Shown: positions 37,846 to 48,699, counted from the first letter of the stretch. The stretch: 64,000 nt of DNA from an uncultured delta proteobacterium (GCA_963711565.1 CAVQEQ010000004.1:1120001-1184000), one strand, 5' to 3'. Notes: generated from the sequence alone by a model not told the origin. Program-made: numbers and translations.

Positions 37846-38703
37846 TCAGTACAGAATCGACGGGATGAAAGGGAGGCGCGGCTCGTTGTAGAGTCCGACG
37901 CTCATCAGCGTGTTTTGCTGCATCAGTTTGAGGCCCTTGCTGTAGCACCATCGGAGCAGTTCCCCGTTGCGCGACGGTATCAGCGGGCCGGGTCCGCTAA
38001 AGGCGGGCGCCGCCGCGATCAACGCCTTCAGCTCCTCGTTCGATTCGCCGACCGCATAGCCGCCGTATCCGATTGCGGTCGCGTAACCTGTGATGCGGCC
38101 AAGATGCTCGGCGACGTTCGCCGTCCGATCCGTGATCGCATCGCGCAATTCAGCGCCGCGTTCGTGGCCGTGGACCGCGAAATGGAGCCGATTGCATGCG
38201 GCGACATCGGCTTCTGTAGCGGCGCGCACCTTGTAACCTGGGATCGACTCGTTGATCAGCGGTCCGGTCATCAGAGACAGCGGTTCGCGGGTTTCGAAGC
38301 CGAGCTTGGTGTACAGACTGAACGAGCGGCTGTGATACGCCGACTGGACCAGCCTGACGCCCGGCCACCGATGCTCGGCGACACGATCGAGCATGTGTTG
38401 CATCATCGCGCGCCCGGCGCCGCTGTTCTGCACGTCCGGATCGACGCTGATCGGGCCGATGCCCGCGATCGGCGCGCGCTCGTCCTGGAAGTTGCTGCCG
38501 GCGATGCGCCCGTCCACTTCGACTGCGATTCCATAAAAGCCGGGATTCGAGATCATTGCCGTGAGCATTCCGACCGTCGCGTCGAGCGATGGGAACTCGT
38601 GCGGGAACTTGTGCTCGTCCGCCAGCGTGCAGAAGGCGCGGTAGCAGATTTCTGAGCAGACCGGGATGTCCTCGCGGGTGGCGCGTCGAATATTTGTCTT
38701 CAT
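37846..38703 (-). CDS. GNAT family N-acetyltransferase (tandem GNAT)
   Basis: IGPISVDP.VQNSGAGR, LYTKLGF; the second domain begins VRAAT. Confidence 0.88.
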   Translation of the reverse strand: MKTNIRRATREDIPVCSEICYRAFCTLADEHKFPHEFPSLDATVGMLTAMISNPGFYGIAVEVDGRIAGSNFQDERAPIAGIGPISVDPDVQNSGAGRAMMQHMLDRVAEHRWPGVRLVQSAYHSRSFSLYTKLGFETREPLSLMTGPLINESIPGYKVRAATEADVAACNRLHFAVHGHERGAELRDAITDRTANVAEHLGRITGYATAIGYGGYAVGESNEELKALIAAAPAFSGPGPLIPSRNGELLRWCYSKGLKLMQQNTLMSVGLYNEPRLPFIPSILY

Positions 38704-38735
38704 GTTTTCCGTTCTCCGAAGAAGCGAATCTGTTT

Positions 38736-39569
38736 TTACGCCGACGCCTTTATCTCGCGAAGCATCTCGGCGTGGCGCCGGTCCGCCTCGGGCCGCGTCT
38801 GCGCAATCGCCTCGACGAGCTCGTCGTGCAGCCGGCCGTTGGTTGCCAGGATATTCGCGGCGGCGACGTTGAGCTCGGAACCGTCCATGTTGGTCGCGCG
38901 TCCGCGCGCTTCCTCGACAATCAAAGCGCCGGCGGCCACGTCCCACGGCTTGAGCCCGAATTCCCAGAATCCATCGGTGCGTCCTGCCGCGACGTAGGCG
39001 AGATCGAGCGCCGCCGAACCAGTGCGGCGGATGCCCTGCGATCGCGTCATCAGTTCCTCCCAGAAGGCCAGGTAGAAGCGGCGGCGCTCGCGGCGGTCGT
39101 ACGCGAATCCGGTGCAGAGCAGGGCCGAGCACAGGTTAGGCGTCGCGCTGACGCGAATCGGTTTGCCGTTGAGGCGCGCGCCCTGTCCGCGATGCGCCAC
39201 GAAGCATTCTTTCTTGAGCGCGTCGAAGACCACGCCGAACTGCAGGCGGCCGCGCCGCTCGTACGCGATCGACACGCAGAATTGCGGATAGCCGTGCGCG
39301 AAGTTGGTGGTGCCGTCGAGCGGATCGATAATCCATCGATGGTCGCTTTGATGGGCGCTCGCGCCGCTCTCCTCGGCGAGGATCGCATGAGTGGGAAACG
39401 CGCGATGGATTACTTCGATGATCGCCGCTTCCGATTCGCGATCGGCTTCGGTGACGAGATCGATCGAGTTCGACTTGCGGTTGATGGTGATGCGGCTGAG
39501 GCGTTTGAGATGAATTCTGCCGGCGGCACGCGCGGCGCGGAGCGCAACCTGTTCGATTTCATTGATCAC
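38736..39569 (-). CDS. suhB: Inositol monophosphatase family protein (SuhB)
   Basis: DLVTEAD, AEE, WIIDPLDGTTNF, RR.GSAALDL, WDVAAG. Confidence 0.9.
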   Translation of the reverse strand: MINEIEQVALRAARAAGRIHLKRLSRITINRKSNSIDLVTEADRESEAAIIEVIHRAFPTHAILAEESGASAHQSDHRWIIDPLDGTTNFAHGYPQFCVSIAYERRGRLQFGVVFDALKKECFVAHRGQGARLNGKPIRVSATPNLCSALLCTGFAYDRRERRRFYLAFWEELMTRSQGIRRTGSAALDLAYVAAGRTDGFWEFGLKPWDVAAGALIVEEARGRATNMDGSELNVAAANILATNGRLHDELVEAIAQTRPEADRRHAEMLREIKASA

Positions 39570-39669
39570 GGTAAAGATAAGTATTACTCGCGAGGCAAGT
39601 CGTCCAGCGCGACGCGCAGATCAATCGACAATGGGTCGCAAGATTTGCAGATGCGCACGCCGCCGCTCT

Positions 39670-39921
39670 TAACCTCCCCTTGTCCGAGGGGAGGTCGCCG
39701 CGCGCCGAAGGAGCGCGGCGGGTGAGGTGCAACGCGCGACATCGCACAACGCGCGGGTCTCTTTTTGGCGACATGTCAGAAAAGTACTGCTGCGGTCCAG
39801 AGCCAGTAACTCTGTACTGTGGTTAGACGATTTGGGAATGGTGCGCTGTCAGGCGTTGCACCTCGCCCGGCGACACCGCTGCGCGGCTTTCGCCGACCTC
39901 TCCTCGGACAAGGAGAGGTTA
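39670..39921. repeat. Repeat family D pair (inverted)
   Basis: TTAACCTCCCCTTGTCCGAGGGGAGGTCG..GGGTGAGGTGCAACG at ~39669-39734 and its reverse complement at ~39854-39922. Confidence 0.75.
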
Positions 39922-39930
39922 AGGAATCGG

Positions 39931-41109
39931 CTACCAGCGCGGGGTTTCGGCCAGGCCGATGCCGAGGGCGACCTTGCCCAGCAGCTCGCGCGCGCGGGCG
40001 TTGGACAGCGGATGATTCGGGCCCGCGCGAACGTCGCGGTAGTGGCGCTCCATTGGGAATTTTTTCAGCATCCCGTGTGCGCCAACGACCTCCATGCAGT
40101 AATCGACCGCGCGGATCGCGTTGTTGGTCGCGACATACTTCGGCATCACGACGCGCGCGAGTCCCGCCTCGCCCTTGAATGAATCGCGATCGTGAATGTA
40201 GTCGTTGGCGACGCCGAGATAGAGCGCACGCGATTGCGCGATCAGCGCCTCGGCCTCGGCAATCGCGAACTGGATGCCCGGCAGATATTTGATCGTCCGC
40301 GGCTGCGTAAGGGGTTTCAGGCGCCCGGCAAATTCCTTGGCGAACTTCAATGCAGCAATCGCCACGCCGGTGTAGGTCGCGGCGACGGAAATCCCAAACC
40401 ATGCGAACAGCGAAATGGCTTGGTCGTTGACGGGGCCGATCGGCCGCGATTCCGCCATTGCGATCGCCGGAACGCGCACGTCCTTGATGACGAGATCGTG
40501 ACTGGCCGTTGCCCGCATCCCCATCGCGTCCCACGTTTCGATCAGCTCGAAGCCGGGAGTGCTACGCGGCACGACGAAGGTCGACGAGGCGGGCGGACTC
40601 GAATCCTCGATCGTCGCCATCACCATGAAGAGATCGATCACCGGCGAGAGACTGGTGAAAATTTTGCGGCCGTTGAGAACGTAGAACTCGCCGTCGCGGC
40701 GCGCGCGCGTCGCGAAGTGGCCCCAGTCGCCGCCGGTTTCGGGTTCGCTGATTCCGCCGCCGAGGATTTGTTTGCCGCGCGCAATCGCGTCGAAGAACAA
40801 TTCCTCCTGCGGGCGTCCGGTGGCGCGCTCGACCATGCTGCCGATGCCGAACAGATGCATGTTGATTGCAATCGTAGTCGCGGCGCATCCCTGCGCGAGC
40901 TGCTCCTGGCAGAGGGCAAAATCCTCGAGGTCGGCGCCGAGCCCGCCGTATTTTTCCGGAATGACGAGCGCGGTGTATCCGGCCGCCTTCATCTTGTCAA
41001 CGTTCTCGACCGGGAATGAATTGACGCGATCATGTTCTCCGGCGCGAGTGGCAAAGTCGGCCGCAAGCTCAGCTGTAAGGGATACAAGTTTGTCGCGTCG
41101 ATCAGACAT
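39931..41109 (-). CDS. Acyl-CoA dehydrogenase family protein
   Basis: IPEKYGGLG, SEP..G, LNGRKIFTS, WDAMGMRAT.SHD, ERHYRDVR. Confidence 0.9.
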   Translation of the reverse strand: MSDRRDKLVSLTAELAADFATRAGEHDRVNSFPVENVDKMKAAGYTALVIPEKYGGLGADLEDFALCQEQLAQGCAATTIAINMHLFGIGSMVERATGRPQEELFFDAIARGKQILGGGISEPETGGDWGHFATRARRDGEFYVLNGRKIFTSLSPVIDLFMVMATIEDSSPPASSTFVVPRSTPGFELIETWDAMGMRATASHDLVIKDVRVPAIAMAESRPIGPVNDQAISLFAWFGISVAATYTGVAIAALKFAKEFAGRLKPLTQPRTIKYLPGIQFAIAEAEALIAQSRALYLGVANDYIHDRDSFKGEAGLARVVMPKYVATNNAIRAVDYCMEVVGAHGMLKKFPMERHYRDVRAGPNHPLSNARARELLGKVALGIGLAETPRW

Positions 41110-41313
41110 CAGATGGACTCCGCATAGAAAATCGCACCGGCAAACAGTGCCACGAAAGCGGCGCGCAAAGAAACGGATTACTTGCCGACTGACGTGCTCG
41201 GCGGAGCGTCGTACGGGATGCCCCAACGATCTTCGCGCCTTGACGGACGTGGAAGTAAGTACGCAGGCCGTTCCTGTTTCGGTCCGATGCTATTGAAGGA
41301 GAGGCTTCGATGA

Positions 41314-41595
41314 TTAATTCGTTCGCTGGGAATCGAGCAGCTCGGAGGCGACTTTCATAATCTCCGGGATAGCTTCTTGTGGAAATGGGCCGTAGGTCTG
41401 CGAGATCTCCTCGGTGCTCATGCCTTCAGCCAGACAGGCGAGCACGAACGAGACCGACAGACGCGTGCCTCGGACCGCGAGCTTGCCGCCCAGCAGGTCT
41501 GCGTCGCGGACAATCCAGTTGTACTTCTTGTAAGCTGCGGGCTTCCAGTCGCGCATCGCCTTCACCGCCGCTGATTTTACACCGGCTCCATTCAC
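41314..41595 (-). CDS. DUF433 domain protein (antitoxin-like)
   Basis: I..D...LGGK..VRGTRLSV..VL..LA.G.S.EEI...Y motif. Confidence 0.85.
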   Translation of the reverse strand: MNGAGVKSAAVKAMRDWKPAAYKKYNWIVRDADLLGGKLAVRGTRLSVSFVLACLAEGMSTEEISQTYGPFPQEAIPEIMKVASELLDSQRTN

Positions 41596-41609
41596 AGAGC
41601 GATTGGTAG

Positions 41610-43004
41610 CTACTTGCCGGCCGCCGTGCTCGCAGGAGCGGACGGTGTGGGTTGCTGCGCCGTCATCAGGCGCTGCGCGTAGGGCATGATCGTCGTGAAC
41701 AGATCGACTTGCGAATCGAGCGATTTGCCCAGCCCGCTCAGCAGACCCATCATGCGGCCGACCAGCAGCACGTCGGCGGGAACTTCGACGATAGGGTTGG
41801 CGCGGATCGCACGCGGCAGTTCTTCGTTGAACTGCTCGATCAGGTCCTTGTCGGCATAAGCCTTCTTCGACTTGATAGTGCTTCCGAGAAAGAGGTCCGC
41901 AAATGCCAGCAGCGTGTCGGGATTGCCGTTGCGCGTGCGAAAGCCAAGCTCCTGGAACGCGGCGATGATGCCGTCGCGATTCGACGTGAGAATCGAGAAC
42001 GTCAGCCGCACGATTCCGTCGCGGAACGTCGGCGGGAAATCCTTGGCCAGGCCGAAATCGAGCAGCACGATTTTCGGGCCGGGCTGAACCAGGATGTTCC
42101 CGGGATGCGGGTCGGCGTGGAAAAAGCCGTCGCGCAAAACCTGGTCGCAGAAAATCTCGATCAGCTTCTGCGCCACCAGATGCTTGTCGATGCCCGCGCG
42201 CTCGAGGCCGTCGATATCGGTCACCTTGATACCCTCGGCCAGTTCCATCGTGAGCACGCGCCGCGTCGTGAACTCGCGATAAACCTCAGGCACCAGCACG
42301 AAAGAATCCGCGGCGAAGTTCGCGCGCATCGTCGCCGAGTTGTCGGCCTCGTGGATGAAGTCCAGCTCCATCGGCACGTACTTGAGCGCCTCGCGCATCA
42401 GGACGCGATAATCGAAGTCGCGCTCGAGCTTCGCGAGCCAGTAGAGCACCGTCGTCATGTTGCGGAGATCGGCGCGCACGATGCCGTCGATCCCGGGATA
42501 CTGCACCTTCACCGCGCATCGGCGGCCGTCGTGAAGGCGCGCCTGATGCACCTGCGCGAGCGACGCCGACGCGATCGGCGCGGGATCGAACTCGGTGTAA
42601 ACTGCCTCGAGCGGACGGCGCAGTTCGCGCTCGATCTGCTCGCGGATCATCGCAAACGGGCGCGGCGGAACGCGATCGTGCAGGCCCGACAGCGTCGATA
42701 CCCATTCGTCGGGCAGCACGTCGGCGCGAGTCGCGATAAACTGGCACGCCTTGATCAACAAGCCTTCGAGCCTGAGCGCGCTACGGTTGAGCGCTTGCGC
42801 GGCGCGCAAGTCCTGGCGGCGATAGAGTTCCGCCTTGTTCCTGTCGCTGACGAACCGCGTCCAGAGCTGGGTGCCTTTGTAGCCCACGTACACGTACGCC
42901 GCGAGCCATACGACGTTCGAAAAGCGCCACGCGCGCGTCGCCAGTCCGGGTTCGGGCACATCGGCGGGAAAATCGAAATTGCGATCGAGGCTCGTGTTGC
43001 TCAT
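41610..43004 (-). CDS. ABC1/AarF/UbiB family protein kinase
   Basis: IK..Q..ATR.D, ASASLAQVH, AVKVQYPG, ELDF..E, FFHADPHPGN, LLDFG. Confidence 0.93.
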   Translation of the reverse strand: MSNTSLDRNFDFPADVPEPGLATRAWRFSNVVWLAAYVYVGYKGTQLWTRFVSDRNKAELYRRQDLRAAQALNRSALRLEGLLIKACQFIATRADVLPDEWVSTLSGLHDRVPPRPFAMIREQIERELRRPLEAVYTEFDPAPIASASLAQVHQARLHDGRRCAVKVQYPGIDGIVRADLRNMTTVLYWLAKLERDFDYRVLMREALKYVPMELDFIHEADNSATMRANFAADSFVLVPEVYREFTTRRVLTMELAEGIKVTDIDGLERAGIDKHLVAQKLIEIFCDQVLRDGFFHADPHPGNILVQPGPKIVLLDFGLAKDFPPTFRDGIVRLTFSILTSNRDGIIAAFQELGFRTRNGNPDTLLAFADLFLGSTIKSKKAYADKDLIEQFNEELPRAIRANPIVEVPADVLLVGRMMGLLSGLGKSLDSQVDLFTTIMPYAQRLMTAQQPTPSAPASTAAGK

Positions 43005-43120
43005 GCGAAAGGTTCGGACGATCCTGATGCTACGTCATGCGGGCCATTCTGAGAACCGGTCAGCCAGTTTAGCTTTGCTACAGAGCGCTTGACTGATCGT
43101 CAGGCACAGGAATATTGTGT

Positions 43121-43250
43121 GCCCATGAAGTCGAGTGGCAATGTACGTCGCGTCCCCAATTCAACAAAGGTCCTCGTGAATTGAGACGGACATTGATACT
43201 TGGCTCTAAAAAGCCCCGGGCGCTTGCGAGCCCCGGGGCTTTTGCTTTTG
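43121..43250 (+). ncRNA. Candidate leader or sRNA: long rod hairpin plus intrinsic terminator upstream of the MFS gene
   Basis: Nested pairs 43129-36/43198-205, 43139-44/43190-95, 43146-49/43185-88, 43157-63/43177-83; TTGACT at 43089. Confidence 0.55.
43209..43250 (+). terminator. Intrinsic terminator, possibly bidirectional
   Basis: AAAAGCCCCGGG..CCCGGGGCTTTTGCTTTT. Confidence 0.85.
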
Positions 43251-43277
43251 GCGCGCCAGACTGGGTGGGAAATTTCG

Positions 43278-44531
43278 GTGGAATTCGCGCGACCGCATGC
43301 TCCGACGATTCGCGATATCACTCGCCGCTACTACACGGTATGGGGCATGTACTCGTTCGCCGGCGGCTTCCTGTTCGGCGTCTATCCGATCTTCCTGCAC
43401 TCGCGCGGCCTCAACCAGTTCCAGATAAACAGCGTCCTCGCGACGTACTTCGTCGTCCTGTTCCTGACCGACGTGCCCACCGGCGCTTTCGCCGACCTGC
43501 TCGGCCGCCGCCGCTCGTTCGTGCTGGGCGCGTCGCTGAGAGTCGCCGCCTTCCTCCTGTATTTCGTCGCCCATCATTATTATGTGTTCATTATCGCCGA
43601 GAGCATCGACGGTATCGGCACAACCTTCGGCAATGGCGCGATTGACGCGTGGGGCGTCGACGCGCTCGACGAGGCCGGCTACGACGGCCTCAAGGATCGG
43701 CTCTTCTCGCGCATCTCGCAATTGACGACGCTCGGCTTCATGGGTTCGGCGATGATCGGCGCTTACGTCGCCGACATGAATATCGCATGGCCGTGGATTC
43801 TCGGCGCGTGCGGCTACGTGGTCGCCGGCATTGTCGGCGCAATCCTGATGCACGACGAGCGTCCGCGCGCCGTGAACGTGCGGATTGCGGCGATCCCGCT
43901 CCAGGTCGCGTCGCGGATCACTGAAGGCATCCGCTCGGGATTCAATGCGCCGACGGTGCTGATGCTGAGTGCGGCCGGCGCAATCACAGTTGGGGCGTGG
44001 GCGCCGTACTGGGTTTCGTGGCCGATAATGTTCAACCAGAGCCTCGGGGTCGGCGTCTGGATTATCGGATGGATCTATTGCGGCCTGGCGTCGGCGCGGC
44101 TTATAGGCGCGGAGGTAAGCGCGCGGTTCATCCTCGATGAGGCGCAGCGCGCGGCGCGGGTCAGCATGCTGGTGATCGCGGCGAGCGCGATGCTGTTCCT
44201 TGCGGGATTGTTCGGCGGCCGCCCTGTGATCTCACTGTCGATGCTGTTCGTCATGAACCTGTTCACGGGCGCGATGATGCCGCTGGTGCAAAGCTGGTTC
44301 AACGAGCAGGTCGAATCCGTGAATCGCGCGACACTACTGTCATTCCGTTCCACCTTCGAGACGATGGGCGGCTCGATCGGCCTGCTGTTCGCCGGCCGAA
44401 TCGCCGACACCGCCGGCATCCCCTTCGAATGGCAAATCGCAGGCCTGATCTCGCTATGCGCAGCCCCGGTGTACTGGGCGATGCGCCGTCGCGAACTCGC
44501 AGAAGTCGCACTGGCAGGCTCGGCAAAATAA
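43278..44531 (+). CDS. MFS transporter
   Basis: DVPTG.FADLLGRRRS motif A; about 12 TM; RATLLS. Confidence 0.9.
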   Translation: MEFARPHAPTIRDITRRYYTVWGMYSFAGGFLFGVYPIFLHSRGLNQFQINSVLATYFVVLFLTDVPTGAFADLLGRRRSFVLGASLRVAAFLLYFVAHHYYVFIIAESIDGIGTTFGNGAIDAWGVDALDEAGYDGLKDRLFSRISQLTTLGFMGSAMIGAYVADMNIAWPWILGACGYVVAGIVGAILMHDERPRAVNVRIAAIPLQVASRITEGIRSGFNAPTVLMLSAAGAITVGAWAPYWVSWPIMFNQSLGVGVWIIGWIYCGLASARLIGAEVSARFILDEAQRAARVSMLVIAASAMLFLAGLFGGRPVISLSMLFVMNLFTGAMMPLVQSWFNEQVESVNRATLLSFRSTFETMGGSIGLLFAGRIADTAGIPFEWQIAGLISLCAAPVYWAMRRRELAEVALAGSAK

Positions 44532-44568
44532 GTCTGTCATCCGACCGCTCGAGCATGCGCTCCCTCTC

Positions 44569-44669
44569 TGTCATTCCGACGACGGGAGCGAATGCGACGG
44601 GAGGAGGAACCTCGGACAGCTTCGCGCACGCGAAGCCGGTTCCGGTTTTGAAATCGCGCAGCGCTCCTT
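44569..44669 (+). repeat. Repeat family C copy
   Basis: TGTCATTCCGACGACGGGAGCGAATGCGACGGGAGGAGGAACCTCGGACAGCTTCGCGCACGCGAAGCCGGTTCCGG..GCGCTCCTT. Confidence 0.88.
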
Positions 44670-44780
44670 CGCGGCGTCGCTCGCGCTCTCGAGTTGGTCC
44701 GTCGCCGCATCCAACGCTTAACGACGGATCAGCAAGAGAGCGAGCGTCGAAGTAGCGTGCGTGCAGCTTGAATCGCAGAA

Positions 44781-44838
44781 CCCTCACCGCAGGCCGCGAT
44801 GCGGCCGGCCGCCTCTCCCGTAACATAACGGGCGAGGT
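44781..44838 (+). repeat. Repeat family D copy
   Basis: CCCTCACC..CCTCTCCCGT..ACGGGCGAGG. Confidence 0.65.
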
Positions 44839-44875
44839 AATTCCGCCGCCGCCTCTTCCCCAAACCTGAGAGGGA

Positions 44876-44969
44876 AATGTCGTCCTCGACATTTCGCGAT
44901 TATCACCGGGTGCAGGGGTCACCCCTGCCCAAGGAAGCGTGAAACCCATGGAAGGGTTTCACATTCAAT
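44876..44969 (+). repeat. Repeat family B copy
   Basis: AAATGTCGTCCTCGACATTTCGCG..GGGTGCAGGGGTCACCCCTGCCCAAGGAAGCGTGAAACCC..GGGTTTCACATTCAAT. Confidence 0.85.
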
Positions 44970-45042
44970 ACGTTCCTTACGTTCCTTTTCGCCGCGTCCC
45001 TACTAGCGGCGTAGGCGGGCGTCCGTTAAAACTTATAGTTCA

Positions 45043-46248
45043 ATGGATTTCCCACGAATCAAGCGGCTGCCACCCTACGTCTTCAACGCCATCGGAGACC
45101 TGTGCCTGAAGGCGCGCCGTGCCGGCGAGGACATAATCGATTTCGGGATGGGAAATCCCGACGAGGCGACGCCACCGCACATCGTGGCGAAGCTGGTCGA
45201 GGCGGCCACCAAGAACGCCAATCATCGCTACTCGGTCTCGCGCGGCGTGTACAAGCTGCGGCTGGCGATTTGCGATTGGTACAAGCGGCGCTATGGCGTC
45301 GAGCTCGATCCCGATTCGGAAGCGATCGTCACGATTGGATCGAAGGAGGGCATCGCGCACCTAGCGCTCGCGATTCTCGACCAGGGCGACGTGGTGCTCG
45401 CGCCGACGCCGACCTATCCGATCCATCAGTACGGATGCATCATTGCGGGCGCGCAGGTGCAGGGCGTGCCGATTCGGCGCGGCGAGGAATTTTTCGACGA
45501 GCTGATGGCGACGGTCAATCGATGCTGGCCGCGGCCGAAGTTTCTCATCATGAATTTCCCGCATAACCCGACCACCGCTACCGTCGATTTGCATTTCATG
45601 AGTAGGGTGGTCGAGTTCGCGCGCGAAAACGACATCATGGTCGCGCAGGATTTCGCGTACGCGGACCTGTGTTTCGACGGCTACAAGGCGCCGTCGATGA
45701 TGCAGGTGGCCGGCGCAAAAGACATCGGCGTCGAATTCTTCACGCTGTCGAAAAGCTACAACATGCCCGGCTGGCGCGTCGGCTTCGCAGTCGGCAATCG
45801 CGAGATGATCGCGGCGCTGGGACGGCTGAAGTCGTACTTCGACTACGGGATGTTCGCGCCGGTGCAGGTGGCGGCGATCGCGGCGCTCAACGGACCGCAG
45901 GAATGCGTCGCGCAGATTAATGCGACGTACAAGAATCGGCGCGACGTGCTGATCGACGGCCTCAATCGCGCCGGATGGCCGGTCGAGAAGCCGAAGGCGA
46001 CGATGTTCGTATGGGCGCCGATTCCGGAGCCGTTTCGCGCGATGGGTTCGCTCGAGTTCGCCAAGTTCCTGCTCGCCGAGGCCAAGGTCGCGGTCTCGCC
46101 GGGGATCGGCTTCGGCCAGGACGGCGACGGCTTCGTGCGCTTCGCGCTGATCGAGAACGAGCATCGCACGCGCCAGGCGCTCCGCGGAATCCGCCACGCG
46201 CTCCGCGCCGGCCACGCAGAAATTCCGCGCGCGGCCAGCGGCTCCTGA
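45043..46248 (+). CDS. alaC: Class I/II aminotransferase, AlaC-like
   Basis: [61 protein letters not shown]; upstream of hom. Confidence 0.85.
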   Translation: MDFPRIKRLPPYVFNAIGDLCLKARRAGEDIIDFGMGNPDEATPPHIVAKLVEAATKNANHRYSVSRGVYKLRLAICDWYKRRYGVELDPDSEAIVTIGSKEGIAHLALAILDQGDVVLAPTPTYPIHQYGCIIAGAQVQGVPIRRGEEFFDELMATVNRCWPRPKFLIMNFPHNPTTATVDLHFMSRVVEFARENDIMVAQDFAYADLCFDGYKAPSMMQVAGAKDIGVEFFTLSKSYNMPGWRVGFAVGNREMIAALGRLKSYFDYGMFAPVQVAAIAALNGPQECVAQINATYKNRRDVLIDGLNRAGWPVEKPKATMFVWAPIPEPFRAMGSLEFAKFLLAEAKVAVSPGIGFGQDGDGFVRFALIENEHRTRQALRGIRHALRAGHAEIPRAASGS

Positions 46249-46276
46249 GCGCAATCACAAAAGCATCGGGGAAGAA

Positions 46277-47584
46277 TTGAAACCGGTACGGATTGCCCTG
46301 CTCGGATGCGGAACCGTGGGCGGCGGCGTCGTCAAGCTGCTGCTGCGCAACCCCGACAAGTACGAGCGCATCCTCGGCGCGCCGCTCGAGCTGGCGGTGG
46401 TCGCTGATCGAAGCCTCAAGCCCGACGATGTGCCCGGCCTGCCGGCAAAGCTGATCACGCGTGACGCGATAGCGGCGGTGACGCGTCCCGACATCGACAT
46501 TGTGGTCGAGCTGTTCGGCGGTCACGAGCCTGCCCGCGCCTTGATCATGAAAGCGCTCGCGGCGGGCAAGGACGTCGTTACCGGCAACAAGGCGTTGCTC
46601 GCGGAGCATGGCGGCGAGATTTTTCGCGAGGCGGGCAAGCATGGGCTCGCGGTCGGTTTCGAGGCGAGCGTCGGTGGCGGCGTGCCCATAATCCGCACGC
46701 TGCGCGAGGCGCTGGCGGGAGACCGGCAACGCGCCGTTTATGGAATCGTCAACGGCACCTGCAATTCGATCCTCACTACGATGACCGAGAACGGCGTCGA
46801 GTTCGGCACCGCCCTGGCCGACGCGCAGGCCAAGGGCCTGGCCGAGGCGAATCCCGCGACCGATGTCGAAGGCCATGACTCTGCCCACAAACTCTGCCTG
46901 CTCGTGACGCTGGCGTTTGGCGTGCTCGTAAAGCCGGCGCAGATCTATACGGAAGGCATCACGCGAATCACGCAGGCGGATATCGAATATGCGCGCGAAC
47001 TTGGATGCGTGATCAAGCTGCTCGCGATCGGCAAGGACGACGACGGCGCGGTCGAGGCTCGCGTGCATCCCACGATGATTCCCGAGCGCCATCTGCTGGC
47101 GGGCGTCGGCGGCGCGTACAACGCGATCTATATCCACGGCGATGCGCTTGGCGCGACAATGTATTCGGGGCTCGGCGCGGGCGAAATGCCGTCGGCGACT
47201 GCGGTGATGGCCGATATACTGGAAATCGCGCGGCATCGGATGGCCGAAGGATCGGCGCGCACGCACGCATTTGGATTTCCGATTCGTCTGATGAAGGGCG
47301 CCAGTGTCAAGCCGATGGACGACGTGGTATGCGAGTATTACCTGCGCTTCACGGCGCGCGATAAGCCGGGGGTGCTCGGCGCGATCGCGTCCGTGCTGGG
47401 CAAGCACGGGCTGTCGATCGCGTCGGTGATCCAGAAGGATCGCGGAAAGGCATCGACCGTGCCGGTGATCATGCGAACTCACGGCGCGCCCGAGCGCAGC
47501 CTGAAGCGCGCGCTGGCGGAGATGCGAAAGAAGAAGATCGTGCAATCGGCACCCGCGTTTATCCGAATCGAGGAGAAGCTTTAG
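46277..47584 (+). CDS. hom: Homoserine dehydrogenase with ACT domain
   Basis: GCGTVG, T.NK, FEASV.GG.P, NGT.N, AEA.P..DVEG.D, G.GAG..P.A.AV, D.PGVL. Confidence 0.96.
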   Translation: MKPVRIALLGCGTVGGGVVKLLLRNPDKYERILGAPLELAVVADRSLKPDDVPGLPAKLITRDAIAAVTRPDIDIVVELFGGHEPARALIMKALAAGKDVVTGNKALLAEHGGEIFREAGKHGLAVGFEASVGGGVPIIRTLREALAGDRQRAVYGIVNGTCNSILTTMTENGVEFGTALADAQAKGLAEANPATDVEGHDSAHKLCLLVTLAFGVLVKPAQIYTEGITRITQADIEYARELGCVIKLLAIGKDDDGAVEARVHPTMIPERHLLAGVGGAYNAIYIHGDALGATMYSGLGAGEMPSATAVMADILEIARHRMAEGSARTHAFGFPIRLMKGASVKPMDDVVCEYYLRFTARDKPGVLGAIASVLGKHGLSIASVIQKDRGKASTVPVIMRTHGAPERSLKRALAEMRKKKIVQSAPAFIRIEEKL

Positions 47585-47587
47585 GCG

Positions 47588-48691
47588 ATGGCGTCGGACT
47601 CGAAGAGCGAATCGAAAAATCGGCGGCTGTTTCACTGGCCCGGGCTCATCGAGCATTACCGGCGCTTCCTGCCGGTGACCGATTCGACCCCGGTCGTCAC
47701 GCTCAACGAGGGCAACACCCCGCTAATCGAGGCGCCCGCGATCGCCGAGCGGCTCGGATTAAACATCAAGGTTTACTTTAAGTTCGAAGGCGCCAATCCG
47801 ACCGGCTCGTTCAAGGACCGCGGCATGACGCTGGCGATTTCGAAGGCGCTGGGCGAGGGCGCTCGCGCCGTGATTTGTGCCTCGACCGGCAACACGGCGG
47901 CGTCCGCGGCCGCATACGCGGGACGCGCCGGGCTGAAGGCATTCGTGCTGATTCCCAAGGGCGCGGTCGCGCTCGGCAAGTTGTCGCAGAGCGTGATGCA
48001 TGGCGCGCGCGTGCTCGAGGTGATCGGTAACTTCGACATCTGCTTGAAGGTCGTGCGCGATCTCGCCGAGCGCGACCCGTTGGGGATTCGGCTGGTCAAC
48101 AGCGTCAATCCGGATCGAATCGCGGGGCAGAAGACGGCGGCGTTCGAGATTTGCGATCAGCTCGGCGACGCGCCGACGCATCATTTTCTGCCGGTCGGCA
48201 ACGCCGGCAATATCACTGCGTACTGGGCGGGCTACCAGGAATACAAGTCGGTGGGGCTCAGCGAGCGCATCCCGAAGATGATGGGCTACCAGGCGGCCGA
48301 GTCGGCGCCGATTGTCATCGGCCATCCGATCGACGATCCGCACACCGTGGCGACGGCAATCAAGATCGGCAATCCCGCGAGCTGGAAGGGCGCGACCGAC
48401 GCGCGCGACCAGTCGAGCGGGATCATCGACGTGGTCACCGATTCGGAGATCCTCGCGGCGTATCGGCTGATCGCGGCGGGCGGTATCTTCGCGGAGCCGG
48501 CGTCGGCGGCGTCTGTCGCAGGGCTATTGAAATACGCGGGTGCGGGATTGCTTAAGCCGGGGTCAGTGGTCGTATGCACGCTCACCGGCCACGGCCTGAA
48601 AGATCCTGACACGGCGCTCAAAAATCTAAGTAACACGATCGTGGTCGAACCCGACATCGCGAAAGTGCTGAAAATCCTGGAGCGCGAGTAA
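47588..48691 (+). CDS. thrC: Threonine synthase
   Basis: [55 protein letters not shown]. Confidence 0.96.
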   Translation: MASDSKSESKNRRLFHWPGLIEHYRRFLPVTDSTPVVTLNEGNTPLIEAPAIAERLGLNIKVYFKFEGANPTGSFKDRGMTLAISKALGEGARAVICASTGNTAASAAAYAGRAGLKAFVLIPKGAVALGKLSQSVMHGARVLEVIGNFDICLKVVRDLAERDPLGIRLVNSVNPDRIAGQKTAAFEICDQLGDAPTHHFLPVGNAGNITAYWAGYQEYKSVGLSERIPKMMGYQAAESAPIVIGHPIDDPHTVATAIKIGNPASWKGATDARDQSSGIIDVVTDSEILAAYRLIAAGGIFAEPASAASVAGLLKYAGAGLLKPGSVVVCTLTGHGLKDPDTALKNLSNTIVVEPDIAKVLKILERE

Positions 48692-48699
48692 GCTGTGCC

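Noticed and set aside
41652-43052. Long antisense ORFs (also 50295-52010, 57928-59556, 45962-47656, 22511-23881, 19384-20673)
   Set aside because: Shadow frames of well-supported genes, expected in high-GC DNA; no motifs.
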